Assembly (NCBI GenBank): GCA_047495785.1
Contig: JBLDXI010000029.1
Coordinates: 3,224,001-3,288,000 of the forward strand
Direction of reading: 5' to 3'
DNA: 64,000 nt
DNA from: Lepidodermella squamata
Taxonomy: Eukaryota > Animalia > Gastrotricha
Within the stretch, counting starts at the first letter, position 1, and the number at the start of each line of letters is the position of its first letter. Under the pieces are notes generated by a model. The model was not told the origin of the DNA. It ran no database searches and was given only the letters and a program-made list of their open reading frames with translations. Positions 35,208-47,333 of this stretch are shown one piece after another. A program made the translations under genes and the position numbers.

Positions 35208-35298
35208 GGTTAGGGTTAGGGTTAGGGTTAGGGTTAGGGTTAGGGTTAGGGTTAGGGTTAGGGTTTGGTTAGGGTTAGGTTAGGGTTAGGTTAGGGTT
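35208..35298 (+). repeat. Interstitial telomeric-type repeat (TTAGGG)n, ~15 units, degenerating to TTAGG at the 3' end
   Basis: Direct reading of the sequence. Confidence 0.95.
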
Positions 35299-36716
35299 GA
35301 AGACTGGGTCTTCAAATTGGGAATTTGGAACTGTTTGGAATAATTTGGTACGGAATTCAATGATGTTTGGTACTGAATTCAATAATTTGGTAATGATTTC
35401 ACTATATCCCGTGACAACTAAGTCGCGCTTGTCTCGAGTGCGGTGGATCCCGCGTTTATTCTTCTCGCCACTTTTGACGTTTAATTTCACGACTAATCTT
35501 AAAACAACAACCTACAATTGCTATATGTCTGAATCTATAGTGAAGAAATCGAGCAATCATTCCAGGAGGCTTTTATTTTAGGGAGGCAATTATTAAAACG
35601 AAAACGTCGTATCATCACTTTGGTTGATATGAGCAGTCTTGAAAAGGCAAGCCGTACTAAGTAAAATTTCGATTCAGAATCCCCCTGTCCACGTGATTCT
35701 CCTGGTTTTGCGCTGTTTTTTCAGCCGCTATTATTCGAGGCGGGTTGTTTTTAACCCACTACTTATATGTATGAAATATATGTGACACGACCTGTCCAAC
35801 GTAAAAATTGACCACGTGACAGTAAAGCAATAAATTTATTACACCCCCTAATTATCTCCTGATCTATGATGACTGCGAAAATTCTGAAAAAAGAAACGGA
35901 TTCAGCGTATGAAATTTACTCCTCGATTTCAATCGATTTCAATCACATGAAAATTTAGTTTTTTTCTTTCATTTTGTGTTTCCATGATCGCGATACATGT
36001 TTCTAGGGTAACTTTTTACGAGGAATTCAATGGCGCAGTCCATTTTTCGATATTGATTTTTCCTGTATCGATTTTCGACCATCGATTTATTGATTATTGA
36101 TTATTGGCTGATCGATCGATTTTAGACTTTTAACCCCCTTCCAGTGTTAGTAGATTTATGCTGGAAGGGCACGACTTAGTTTAACTACACGTTTACAGGT
36201 AAATTTCATGTTTTTATACCAATCTATATATCTTCGAGTCATATTGGCTTCAACACATTCTTGAACCATTTTTCTGCCACCAGGGGGGTAAGCTCACCCC
36301 CTCAACCGTCAGCCGCCTGTGCTAGGGGTGGGCATTTTCCCCCCTTCCTCCCCCCCGGAGTCGGAACACTGCCCGGACGATATTGATGCTGCGGCAACGG
36401 CCTTTTTCTGCCTTCTAATCGACTGCTGGTTCGATTGCTTTAATGGCGAAATGTGAAAGCTCGAGTGGCGGTTGCCTCACTGAGTATCAAAGTCGCGCGG
36501 CAGTTGAAGAAAAGTGCCTTCGAGAAGTCTCGGCAGTCCAGCATGCATCGTGTTCATTTGCCCAGCCATCTCACATTCGACCACAACACCATCGCATGGG
36601 TAGGCGGATTTATCACGAAAAAACTGGGCCTCAAACCGACCGAGGCGTACCACAGTGACTACTTAAAATCCGAAAAATCAAGGAATTAAAACGGAATTAA
36701 AAGGAATTAAGACGAA

Positions 36717-37545
36717 TTGGATCTGAAGGAAATAAGCGATTTGAATGAAGTAAAAGATCAGGAAAATATTCAAAAGTTCTGGCAAAAAATTAAGAAATTG
36801 ATGGGTAAGAAAAATGATCGAGATAACCAAGCTCTGCAGGACACAGATGGTACCATGTACACCGAGCCAGATAAAATTATGGACATCGCAAGAAACTATT
36901 TTAAAGACTTGCTAGACGGCGAGGAAACAATTACAATAACAAACCCAATTCTAGTGCAAACGAAAAACCCATTTATGGGCAATAAATTGAAGCCTATCAC
37001 TAACGCAGAAATAAAGAATGCCCTAGGTCATATGAAGTCAGGAAAGGCCGGCGGCATTGACGATATAAAACCCGAAATGATTAAAGTACTCGACGAAATG
37101 GGCATCGAGTGGCTCAGCGTACTAATGAATGAAGCTTGGCACACTAAAACCATACCTGAAGACTGGTCCACTGCGATAATAGCACCCATTTACAAAAACA
37201 AAGGGTCGAAAAGCAAATGCGAAAATTACCGCGCCATTAGTCTACTAAGCGTCGTAGGTAAATTATACGCTGTAATTCTTGAACGAAAATTACGCGACCA
37301 TCTGGTAGGAAAATTGTCCAGCCGTCAATTTGGCTTCCAAAAAGGCAAACGGACACGAGACTGTATTTTTATTCTTAGGCAAATTATAGAAAAAACCCTT
37401 GAGTATAATCGAGAGTTACACCTGGTGTTCTTAGACCTGGAAAAAGCGTACGACCTCGTCAATAGAGAAAAAGTCTGGGACGCACTGAAAAAATTCGAAA
37501 TCCCGACTGATCTGATAGAAGCAGTACAAAGTTTCTACCATAGAC
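36717..37545 (+). mobile_element. Non-LTR retrotransposon (RTE-like) ORF2 fragment, N-terminal half of the RT domain
   Basis: KAGGIDDI.PE, IPEDWSTAIIAPIYKNKG...CENYRAISLLSVVGKLYA, QFGFQKG, FILRQIIEK, LVFLDLEKAYDLVNRE. Truncated before the YADD motif. Confidence 0.92.
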
Positions 37546-37546
37546 A

Positions 37547-37974
37547 TGATACCTGTCTTACTTGATATTGCAATTCTAATAATTTGGCTTTGTTCTGACC
37601 CGGTAAAATCTAACATTGCTACATCCTCACCGCCTGTTTATGACCTAACTTCGGACACACTTCATTTTAGTGAAACCGTTGTTTGCTCGTCTAACAACTA
37701 TACAGCATGGCTTTTAACTCTAGCTCTTAGCAACGCGTTGAAGTTGGTCTTCGAAGGCGTGTTGGTCTTTTTGATTGGTACGACAACGGCGATGAGGTCT
37801 TTGAGTGATTTTCGAGCGGCGCGTATCGTTGTTGCTAACAGCGCTTCACTGTTTTTCGGATCGTTGCTCCTCATTGTTGCATTGCAAACAGCTACAAGTC
37901 AGCTTTTGGCGCTGGCCATTGCGACTTTCATCCTTTCAGGTGTTTTGACCTGTGTTTTCGCTCATTTTCGGTAG
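37547..37974 (+). pseudogene. 3' fragment (TM4-TM7) of a paralog of the class C GPCR at 28229-31468
   Basis: MIPVLLDIAILIIWLCSDPVKSNIATSS...CVFAHFR* is near-identical to 31040-31468. No 5' part; it abuts the RT fragment directly. Confidence 0.88.
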
Positions 37975-38015
37975 TCTGAAATATCAACCTGTGGCTACTT
38001 GTATAAATAATAATA

Positions 38016-38635
38016 TCTCTCCGTTGAGCATTTTTGCTCAATTGCACAACTTGTGCTTAAAGTGCTCAATCCGTGCTCAATCCGTGCTCAATCTGTGCTC
38101 AATCTGTGCACAATCTGTGCTTAAAGGTTGCTCAACGAGATTCCAACTGCTCAACGTCCTGCACAACATTATGTCTGACCAGCATAAAGCACCCAAACAT
38201 TTTAAAAAACTGCGGCAACATTTAATTTTAATTTGTCATAAAAACTCTAATTTGAAAATAAAGTTTGATCTTTATTAAAATGCATTTTTATTGCGAATTT
38301 TGAGTGAGAAGCCAAGCTAAAAATTTAGACGCTGTGGATAGGGTAAAAAAATCAAATTTTCGATGAGCTGAAAACAATTTCTAGTTTGTAAATTATCATT
38401 GGGTGCTCAATGGGGTGCTCAACAGGTGCTTAACGAGTGCTTTACGAGTGCCCAACGAGTGCTTGATGGCTGCTTGAAGAAGCTCAATGTGCTCAATGAG
38501 AATGCTCAATTCGCGCTCAACGTGCTCAACGTTGCTGAATGAGGTGCTTAATCGCGCTCAACGAAATGCTTAACAATGCTCAACGGAATCAAGCATTCCA
38601 CCAAACCGGTGCTTAATGCGTGCTCAACGGAGAGA
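38016..38635. mobile_element. MITE, TIR TCTCTCCGTTGAGCA, TA-flanked, many internal GTGCTCAA subrepeats
   Basis: ta|tctctccgttgagca ... tgctcaacggagaga|ta. Confidence 0.8.
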
Positions 38636-38897
38636 TAAATTGACAAATATGATCAGTTCTGAATTCATTTTTCGACATTCAAAGTCTAGTCCTGCTATAG
38701 ATCTCAAATCTAATGTAGACCAAGCCATACACTGTGGTCGGAAACAAGAGAGCGAAGTAGGACAGCCGAACTTTTTAGGATAAAGAAAATCGACATAAGG
38801 GTCCTCCTTTGGTCTTTGACTGAGTTCACCTTGCGAACAGATTGAACTACTAGTGAAGAATGCGGATTTCTTCAAATCATTCCATTTTCATATAGGT

Positions 38898-41832
38898 TAG
38901 AGATGCCGCGGTTAAATTTGTTGGACGGAACCGAACCGACGGTTCGGTTTCGTCCTTTCAGCCAACCGGACCGCGGTTCCACGCGGTTTAACCGCGGTTA
39001 ACCGCGGACTTGTATATTTTCAGGAATGAAGCTATGTGTGTTTGAGAGAAAGCAAAAGCATGGAAGTTAAGCTTGGTCTTTCATTTTATTCATTTGGAGC
39101 CTCTCATCACGTAATTTGAAATATTACCATCACAGCTCTTATCACAACCAAGTTTCTTCATTGAAGCCAATTCATCCTAAGCTTCATTAATGCGTCCGCC
39201 AGTTTAGCCTTAGTTCGGCTTTTGGAGGGATTCAACACGATCTTGAGTTGAGAAAAAAATTGTTCGACACCAGTCGATGTTGCTGGGGTAGACAAAATTT
39301 TAACAGCCGCTTTAGCCAGAGGCAAAAGAGCGTGACCAGGAGTCGTGCTGATTCCAACCCATGCTGATTGCCATGGGAACTGATGCGTTAGAAGATGACA
39401 CCTCGGGACTCATCTCTTCATTAGTTTTTCTAACTAAATACGAAACGGCCCGACCGCGATCACTGTCATTCAATGATTTCAGCTTTCTTTTGTGCGGATT
39501 CAGTGCGTAAGCTGCGACGTGGATATCTGACAATTTCCAGGTGGCAGCGATTTCATTATAAAGAGCGGAACTGACGAGTATCCACTCAGACGGCAATCCT
39601 TCGATTTCGTTAAACAACGTGGCCAGTTCATTCCTTGCGGTAACGACGCGATGGATAGTTGGAACAGAAGAAGCCCCCAAGATCTGAGACCATTGCCTGA
39701 TGGGCTCCAATAGCCTGATAGCAACTTCCATGTCCGGTCGAAAACTTGTTAACTCGGCAAGAAGGCTGTATTCAGTTCGCTCTGACAACAAAGACGTAAC
39801 GGCGTCAAATGCTTGCAAAATACTCTCGATCATTGTCAAAGCCGAGTTCCAACGGACGCCGACTTGTTTTTTCAAGGATTTGCAACCTAAGAAAAATAAC
39901 AAAAAAAATTCAATCAATCAATCAATAGTTATCGATTTTCATCGAATTCGATAATAACTACGTGAAATCCGATTTCAAATTCGGAATCTACGCAAAAAAG
40001 TACCCCCTGGGCGTCTTGCTAATGCATCTTGTGTATACATTTGAGGTTCCAATGCCACTTCCTGTTTTTACTTTCAGCACTTCCGGTTATACCCTTTAAT
40101 TAATTTAATTTCAGAAAAATATGATAAGAAACGCTGAAAAGCGTCTTTTTGGCTCGAAATCCCCCCTAAAACCCCCGAAGGGGTAAAAAAACCGAGAGAA
40201 ATCGATTCGTGAAAACAAAATTTCGATATCTCTTACCGTTTTAGAGATAGCAATTAGCTTAATTAGTGAAATTAGGGTAATAAAGCAATAAACTTTGAAA
40301 ATAATAAAATTAGTCTGACGTATGTGTCTAGGTCAATTTTTTGCGCTGATTTCGAATATGGAATCAGTTTTAATAAATAAATCACTTACCTTTAGCTTTC
40401 AGTTGGTTATTGATGTCCGTCCGTTTGGCGTGGTCAACCAGTCGGTTGCAAAACGCCAGAAGAGACAGGAATGGTTCCATTTTATACACAAACGACACAA
40501 TGTTATGTAGGCGATGATTGGCACAATGTACGTGCTCTTGGTCGTCGAATGCCAAAATATTGGACGAAGCTCTATCGGTAACGGCTCTGACGCTTTTTAC
40601 ATTCTTCACGCCGTTCGAAGTCAGCATTTCGTCGATTCGACGTTTGGTCTCAGCACCTATGCAATTAACAATTTTAGAGAATTTCTAGATCAACTTAGAA
40701 TTAAATACCTTTTGTTGTGTCAACCTCGACCGAGCCAACGTTTTTCATCTCAAGTCTAGCGACGCCTTCTAACACTGTTACCATCGGAGCCAGGACCGAA
40801 AGAATCTCGCGCCCGTCGTCGGATTTCCAGTGATCACAAACAATGCAACATTTATCACACAATTTAACCCCTGCGCCGGTTGCTAATTGCAAGATATGGT
40901 CAGTGACTGCCGTTCGCCCAGACAGCAAATCTTTAAAATTGTCCTCGCTAACTGGACCCCTTCTGGCGCCGATTTGATAAATTTCAAACATCAGACTTCG
41001 AAAATACTTATCCTCGACAATTGAGATTGGACGAAGCTTGTCGACGACAAAGCGGACGAGAGCATTTCTGATTTGCGTTATCTCCGCCTTCGTAAATTTG
41101 ATCGCCTGAGTAGGTGCAAAAAAAGAATTGACACTCGTCTCAGATTGAGTGGAATTGACCGAGGCACCAGGAGTTTTCGGAGCATCATCGCTCTTCGCCG
41201 CAGCAGCTTTGTGGCAAGGGTGCTTCGAGATAGTACCGGTTCCTTCGCGTGCCTTATGCGTGTACACCGTGAGATGAGGACACTTCTCAGCAGTACACTT
41301 AACGAAATTAGTTGAGACGCCATCAAGAAGAATGCGTCGATAGACAAAGTGCTCAAGTTTTTCAGCAAGTTTGATTCGTTCTGAATTATCTGCGATCAAC
41401 TTGACAACCTGAGCTTTGCTTGGGGCAGATACTGGTGTTGAAACAGCAGTTGAACAGCGAAGGGGAGTTGTGATTGATAGAGACGATACACTATCTTCAG
41501 CGAAGCTTATCGAAAAAGATGACGAGTCCATTTTTGAAAAAATCAAATATTAACCTTTTATCAAAAAGCACAAATGAATTCTTCTCAGCAGCTCACTGCT
41601 GCATTTTTTTCCAGTTGAGCACGTGCCATCGCGTGCGAGTAAAAAATCAATGAACGTGAAAAAACCAATGAAAAGAATGAAATTAATGGGATGATATAAT
41701 GGCTTAAATATAGTGCGGTTCTTTCGGTTAAACCGGCGGTTCCAGCTCCAAAGGAACCGGACCGCGGCGGTTAGAACCGAACCGTCGGTTAACCGCGGTT
41801 TTGCGGTTATTTTTTTAACCGCGGCATCTCTA
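38898..41832 (-). mobile_element. hAT DNA transposon, 2.9 kb, with TIRs and 8-bp TSD
   Basis: TIR tagagatgccgcggtt / aaccgcggcatctcta. TSD atataggt at 38890-38897 and 41833-41840. Subterminal aaccgcggtt repeats at both ends. Confidence 0.95.
39158..41531 (-). pseudogene. hAT transposase, 3 exons, frameshifted before the dimerisation domain
   Basis: BED-like C..C...H, RPISIVED..FR, CDHWKS (first catalytic D), VTDRASSN, HVHCANHRLH, VRWNSALTMIES, AYALNPH. The C-terminal ILSTPATSTGVEQFFS lies in a different frame after ~39370. Confidence 0.85.
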
Positions 41833-43164
41833 ATATAGGTAATGCTCACGCCGCTGAGTTGTAGAAAAATTGACTTCAAGTGACTGGTAATTAGGCATTA
41901 GGCTCCCAGTGTTATGACAAATTTCAGTAAATTACAAACGGGGAAAGTTGACGTAAAACGGCATTGCCATGCAACACCCTTGCAACTTTGATGTTTTCGC
42001 CGGTCAAGCCAACTCGGCGCCCAAACTGCAACATATTCAAAGACTCAAAGAACACAATAAACCAAATGATGTTTGAATGCGAACGGGTTTTATTTTCAAA
42101 GTTCAGCACTAAAATTCCAATAATGACTCGGAGAGGGTTACAAGGTGCGACATTTGCCCCTAGCGCCTGCACTTTGAATTTCTGCAAGAGCAGGATGCGA
42201 TCTTGGACCCCGGAGCTGCCAGGGATGGAAAATTGTGTTGTTTTTGCCATTATGACTTCTTAGTCATTTCAGGTAAAAAGCGAACGAATCGAGAACATTT
42301 TGAAGAATCATCCCTAAATGTGATCCCCCATCCCCCTGAAATTCGCACACTGCATACTACGAATATCGAACTTTCCCAAAGTGGCTATATTCACAAATTG
42401 AGCCGCATTCACATTTTGGTTCATAAGGCATTTTCACCTTCTGTAACTTCGAAGTGCATTAAGGCTTTTACAGCTGAGCTTTCTAACTCACTATGCAAGA
42501 ATGACTCATAAATAAAGGCTATGAAAGAAGCGTGTGCATTAAGGCTAAGTAAGCATATAGTATAATTCATAGCCATGAATCCGTGTATAATTATTGCTAG
42601 GTATACAATGATTAAACATCAAAATAGCGATAATATATACATATTGTTATGTGATCAATTGCGAAAAAATGTCCATTTCGATGCAAAAATTTTTGAAAAA
42701 ATATTAAAATATCCTTTTCAAGGCGACGGGTGACAAATTAAAAGCGGCATTTTTTTAATTTTTTTATTTTGCGAATGCTTGGCGCCCTCGCGCGGTCATA
42801 TTATGAAAAACCGGAAGAGAAAACAAAACAATCATGTTGTTGTACATATTGTTATATTTAATTCAACTAATTTTTACGAGTTTAACTTATTATTTTCCGC
42901 CAGCACTTGAACATTTGAATTTGGACCTGACCTATTTCTCGAAAATGATGAAATATAGACAAGCGTAGTGGCGCCTCCTTCCACCCTGCCATCAACATGC
43001 GAAAAACTCGAAAAAAAATAATAAGTGTTTGCATGTATGTGTATTTTACTTTCCAACTTCAAATAATGGAACGGAGAAATTCAAATCACGCGAAACAAAT
43101 TGCTATAACGTTAAAACATCTGTCCATGAATCGATGCAAGATTCAAGACGTTGATCAAAGCTCT

Positions 43165-44098
43165 TTAGGAAGTGCCGCAAGTCTCAACTGTCAATCCATA
43201 GAGTGCAACAGTTGTAGGATTTAAGATATCTCGATTGTTGCCAATGTTGTAGCAGCATGTAGCATAACTGGCAAATTCTGATATTGGAGATCTTTTGGTC
43301 TTTTAAAGTAATTACGGTTAATAATGTGAAGAAATCACAGTCTTAAAATCATCTTACAAAAGAGGGATTTGAATTCACGACGTCGCTTGGCGCTGCAGCC
43401 GTGAGTGGGAAGCGTACGCAGTTACCCTGTGTAGCTGTGTTACCAGGAGCTGGGCCTGTTAGCAAATAGGGAAATACGGGCGCTCCGACACAAATTGCTG
43501 TATAGATTGGGGGAGATCCTGTAGTAACAGCTGGGTCGTAATAGACATTAGACCCCGTTTGTGCGCAGCACAAGGCGAATGTGCTGAATGTGTTTGGCGA
43601 CCCCGAAAATTGCTATTGAACATAAAATTAAGCAGTATCAAATAAACGTGAATGGCTTTACAGTGCCACCGGTCAACGTGTTGCAGGCTCCGGCGTTGGC
43701 GAGGCAGAATTTTGTTCCAGGCGTGCCAACTCCTGAACCGCCAATCGTATCGATTTGACACGGGTTGAAAACAGGCTACATTGCAGAAAAACAATTAGAA
43801 TTCCTCGTAAAAGGTTCCCAAAATATCAGATGATCCTCACCGTGGTTATACATGATTTAGTCGCATCAGTGCAGGCCTGAGCTGACGTAACACACACGTT
43901 TGGCGATGAGCAAGTGTTGGCTGAAGTAACACAGCTTGAACCAGGCGAGCATGTTGGCGAAGAGCTACCCGAGTTGGATGCTGGTACAGAAGGGCATGGC
44001 GTTGTAGTAGTTGTTGTTGTTGCTATTGTCGATGATGCTGGGCAAGCGATGCCACCTGCCAATATGGCCAGAAATACGGCACAACTAAGAATGAACAT
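43165..44098 (-). CDS. Secreted Cys/Thr/Ser-rich protein, cluster family member 2 (4 exons)
   Basis: MFILSCAVFLAILAGGIACPASS-polyThr-PCPS...CITT|PVFNPCQIDTIGG..KFCLANAGACNTLTGGT|QFSGSPNTFSTFALCCAQTG...CVRFP...|TKRSPISEFASYATCC...LYGLTVETCGTS*. Confidence 0.88.
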
Positions 44099-44160
44099 TC
44101 GCAGAATGAAGTTTGGAGTTTAGATAGGCAGAAACGAGAAGATGTTGAAGAAGGAAAAAC

Positions 44161-45310
44161 GAGGCTGCTTTTATAGGCAAAGTCAGCATGCTTCTGTCGA
44201 CCGCAGTAATTCGTATTCCGTCAACTGAGTCTCGACAATTCAGAAAACGACAACTCAGCCATGACTTTTCAGCCTGCGACAACTCAGCCTTTCAAATATT
44301 TATTTTAATTTACGACATCTCAGGCTGCGACAACTCAGCCTTTTCCTAATTCTAATAATTTCGCGACAACTTAGCCCACGACAACTCAGCCTTTATTCAA
44401 TTGTGAAAATACCTAGCCATATTACCATGCGAGCGGAGCGGAGCATGTGAGCCGGACTAAGTAGTTTAAAGTTTAAAGGCTGGGTTGTCGTGGGCTGAGT
44501 TGTCGCGAAATTATTAGAATTAGGAAAAGGCTGAGTTGTCGCAGCCTGAGATGTCGTAAATTAAAATAAATATTTGAAAGGCTGAGTTGTCGCAGGCTGA
44601 AAAGTCATGGCTGAGTTGTCGTGGCTGAGTTGTCAAGGACTCAAATGTCTGTGGACCCAGTAATTACTACCGTATCATACACAGTTAGAAGAATACAGCT
44701 AGATGCCAATCAATTCATTTGCATAAGCCTTATCGGATGAAACTAACTGTGTCTCTCACAATGAGATGACTCACTATCGGAATTCATCGGTTTCCTTCCA
44801 GAGGCGGCTACCTTGAGGTCTTATCGAGTAAATACGCCTCGGAAAATGGCCGAGCGCGTTGCCTATCTGTGCCATTAGAGCCAAAGAGGAGGTAAGCATA
44901 ATACTATCATATCAATGAACTCTACGCTAATTATCTGCGTTTTTTCTTGGGGCCGCAGAGAACGTAGTGACTCGAGGCCTGCCACAGCCACCGGCGTTTG
45001 ACGATGAAGCCTGGGTGTATTAACGGGCGAAACTAATCGGTTTGCTCGTTGCTTTGACGCAGGCCACACAACGCGGTTGCCGTTAACGTTACGTGACTAC
45101 AAAGCCTACGCCGTTTTCCTGCGCCTTTCACATCACATCACCGGCCGAGGCGAAACAGTGTTCAAGTTTGCCGGCGGGGTGGAACAGTGCTCAAAGCATG
45201 CGTGCTTAATTATATCAAACGCTTTTTTTCCATTCGTGTGTGGCAGACTGCTTACACTGTTTCACTCTTAGGTTAGCTGGCTTTTTCTTCACCCTCACAG
45301 GTTTGGAGAG
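44161..45310 (-). promoter_or_regulatory. Conserved ~0.7-kb upstream block (interrupted here by a MITE) with TATA box (gcctataaaa on the minus strand), repeated upstream of the Cys-rich genes
   Basis: Homologous blocks at 52600-53310, 56380-57090 and 62065-62650. Partial copies at 49125-49710 and 57780-57905. Confidence 0.6.
44212..44657. mobile_element. MITE with long inverted arms (CGACAACTCAGCC subrepeats), 8-bp TSD, inserted in the promoter of member 2
   Basis: cagtaatt duplicated at 44204-44211 and 44658-44665. Paralogous promoters (e.g. 62100-62125) carry the empty site. Confidence 0.85.
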
Positions 45311-45760
45311 TGTTTTATACGCTTTTCTTTCCATCTGGCGTTCTTGGTTAAATAATTATCCAGCCTAAAGTTCAAAAAGATGAAATCGTTTGTCAAAATG
45401 TGCACTTTCATGCAGCCGTCTGCCAATCAATGTTGGCTCGGTTCGAAGCTTGAAAATCAACGAAATTGTAATGAAAGTGAAAAAACAAAGCTTGTCTTCC
45501 ATTTCAAAGTTTAGAGTTTGAAAAGGCTCAGCTTTCTAATAGGTCTATTGAATGCTCAGAACTGCTTCATAACTCATTAAAGGTCAGGAACCTAATGGAT
45601 ATTGTTAAATCACCTTTCTCAGTACCAACTGGACCTTATACCAGCCTAAGAATGAACTTCGAATGAAATTCATGTAAAATCAGATCATTAAGCAAGTAAT
45701 TAATAATATCAAGATACATCGAGTTATTCTATTTATCAGTCGATGCAAGATGTTGTTCAA

Positions 45761-45870
45761 CTAGCCGCCAGCGTTGCATCTTTCAATAGTCAGTCCGTAA
45801 AAAGAAATAGTTGACGTTGGGTTATAATTTGGATTTGCACCAATAGAGTAGCAGCAGCCAACAAATCTTC
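45761..45870 (-). pseudogene. Orphan last exon of a deleted Cys-rich family member
   Basis: GCCYSIGANPNYNPTSTISFYGLTIERCNAGG* matches exon 4 of the 55336-56318 gene. No upstream exons present. Confidence 0.75.
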
Positions 45871-47333
45871 ACATTTCCTAGCATCGCTCGTTTTTGAGTT
45901 GGTTTAGTTTGGTTTGGTTAAAATCAATAGCCATTTCGGCAAATACATCAATAATATTTTCTATCCCTTGCAGTACTAGGATCCAAGATCGCACCCTGCG
46001 ATAAGATCTAATGACTAGATACGGCCTGTTCAGCCATTCAGCTCGGCGATGAGGTCTTTCAGTGAGTTTCCGGCGGCGCGTTTTGCTGCTGCTTGGGCCC
46101 GAAAATAAACCCCCAGCTCGAGTATCGTACTTCACACATTGTTGGGTTTATTTTACTCAATGAAACCAAACGATGCTTGAACTCATTGATGAATAAAAAG
46201 AAGAGATCTGACACTGTAGTACTATCATGTTTGCCGAAATGATTCATCACCGTAGCGTGAATACTACTATGGAACAGGTGTGCACGAAATTTTAATAGCA
46301 GAGGTTTGTCAACAGGGGTTTTCCTTTATCGTTTTACCCATCCTCTTTGAAAGTCTCACTCGCGGTCATCTAGATGCGTGGAGTAGGAAGATCCGAGGTT
46401 TCATTGGTCGAATTCGCCCATTAATTCTAGGTTATTCAGATAGATTCAAATAGATAGATAGATTGCTTTCAAAGCTTAGAGAACGAAAGCCGAGTAATCT
46501 TCCATACAATGCGAACGATGAGTTTTCAAGGTCATTTTATTTGATTCGCATGCAATCAATGCTTTGGATACAACATTGCAGGGGAGTTCGACGCATTGTC
46601 TAGCAAGGCTCGAATTTTGACTTCACACCATGAGAAGAATAAGGAAGGATCGCATATCTATACGACCGATAAGTTACCAAGTGAAAAGTGGGGTTTTGCG
46701 CAATTTTTGTATTTTCCAGCAAAGGACAAAAAGTGCGTTGACTTGAGAGAAGCATCAAAATTTCTTGGGTCTCAAACCCCACTTTTCACTTGTTAACGTT
46801 CCTATGAGATATTAATGCAGAAATGTTGATTTTGGATTACATGTACAAGAGGAATTATTCACAGCAGTAACGAAGCCTAGAGGAAATCGATACTAAGAAC
46901 GTGTAATTCCAACTTCATAAACGGCAGCCACACGCTTGAAAGCAATATTTTCAAGAGTGTCAAGCAAAGAGTCTTACGAAAATATTAGAAATATTAAGTG
47001 TGTTTATAGGCTTTGAATAATTGTATCTCTAAGCACCGGGAGCTAAATCAATTGCCGCAGGTGTCGACTGTGAAACCGGGGAAGAGAGCACCACTGGTCG
47101 AGTAGGTGACTGGATCGCCACTTGGAGAAGCGGCGCAGCAGGCCGAGTAACTGGAAAAGGCTGATGTCGGCCAAGAAGGCTATACAAATCGAAGATTGAA
47201 TTATCAGACGCTGAAAATTCAAATCAGTGACTCACAATTGCACCACCAGGTGAGATGAGGCTATCTTGCCCTGACGTGAGACAGGCGTTAGGAAAGCGAA
47301 TACAGCGGCCATTCCCAGTACCGCCAGCACATA

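Noticed and set aside
35208-35298. True chromosome end
   Set aside because: The tract is short, degenerate and flanked by ordinary sequence on both sides.
38040-38630. CRISPR-like short repeats (GTGCTCAA; also CGACAACTCAGCC at 44250-44630 and GTATACTATACA at 58460-59040)
   Set aside because: They are irregularly spaced subrepeats inside TIR/TSD-bounded MITEs in a eukaryotic genome, with no repeat-spacer regularity and no cas genes.
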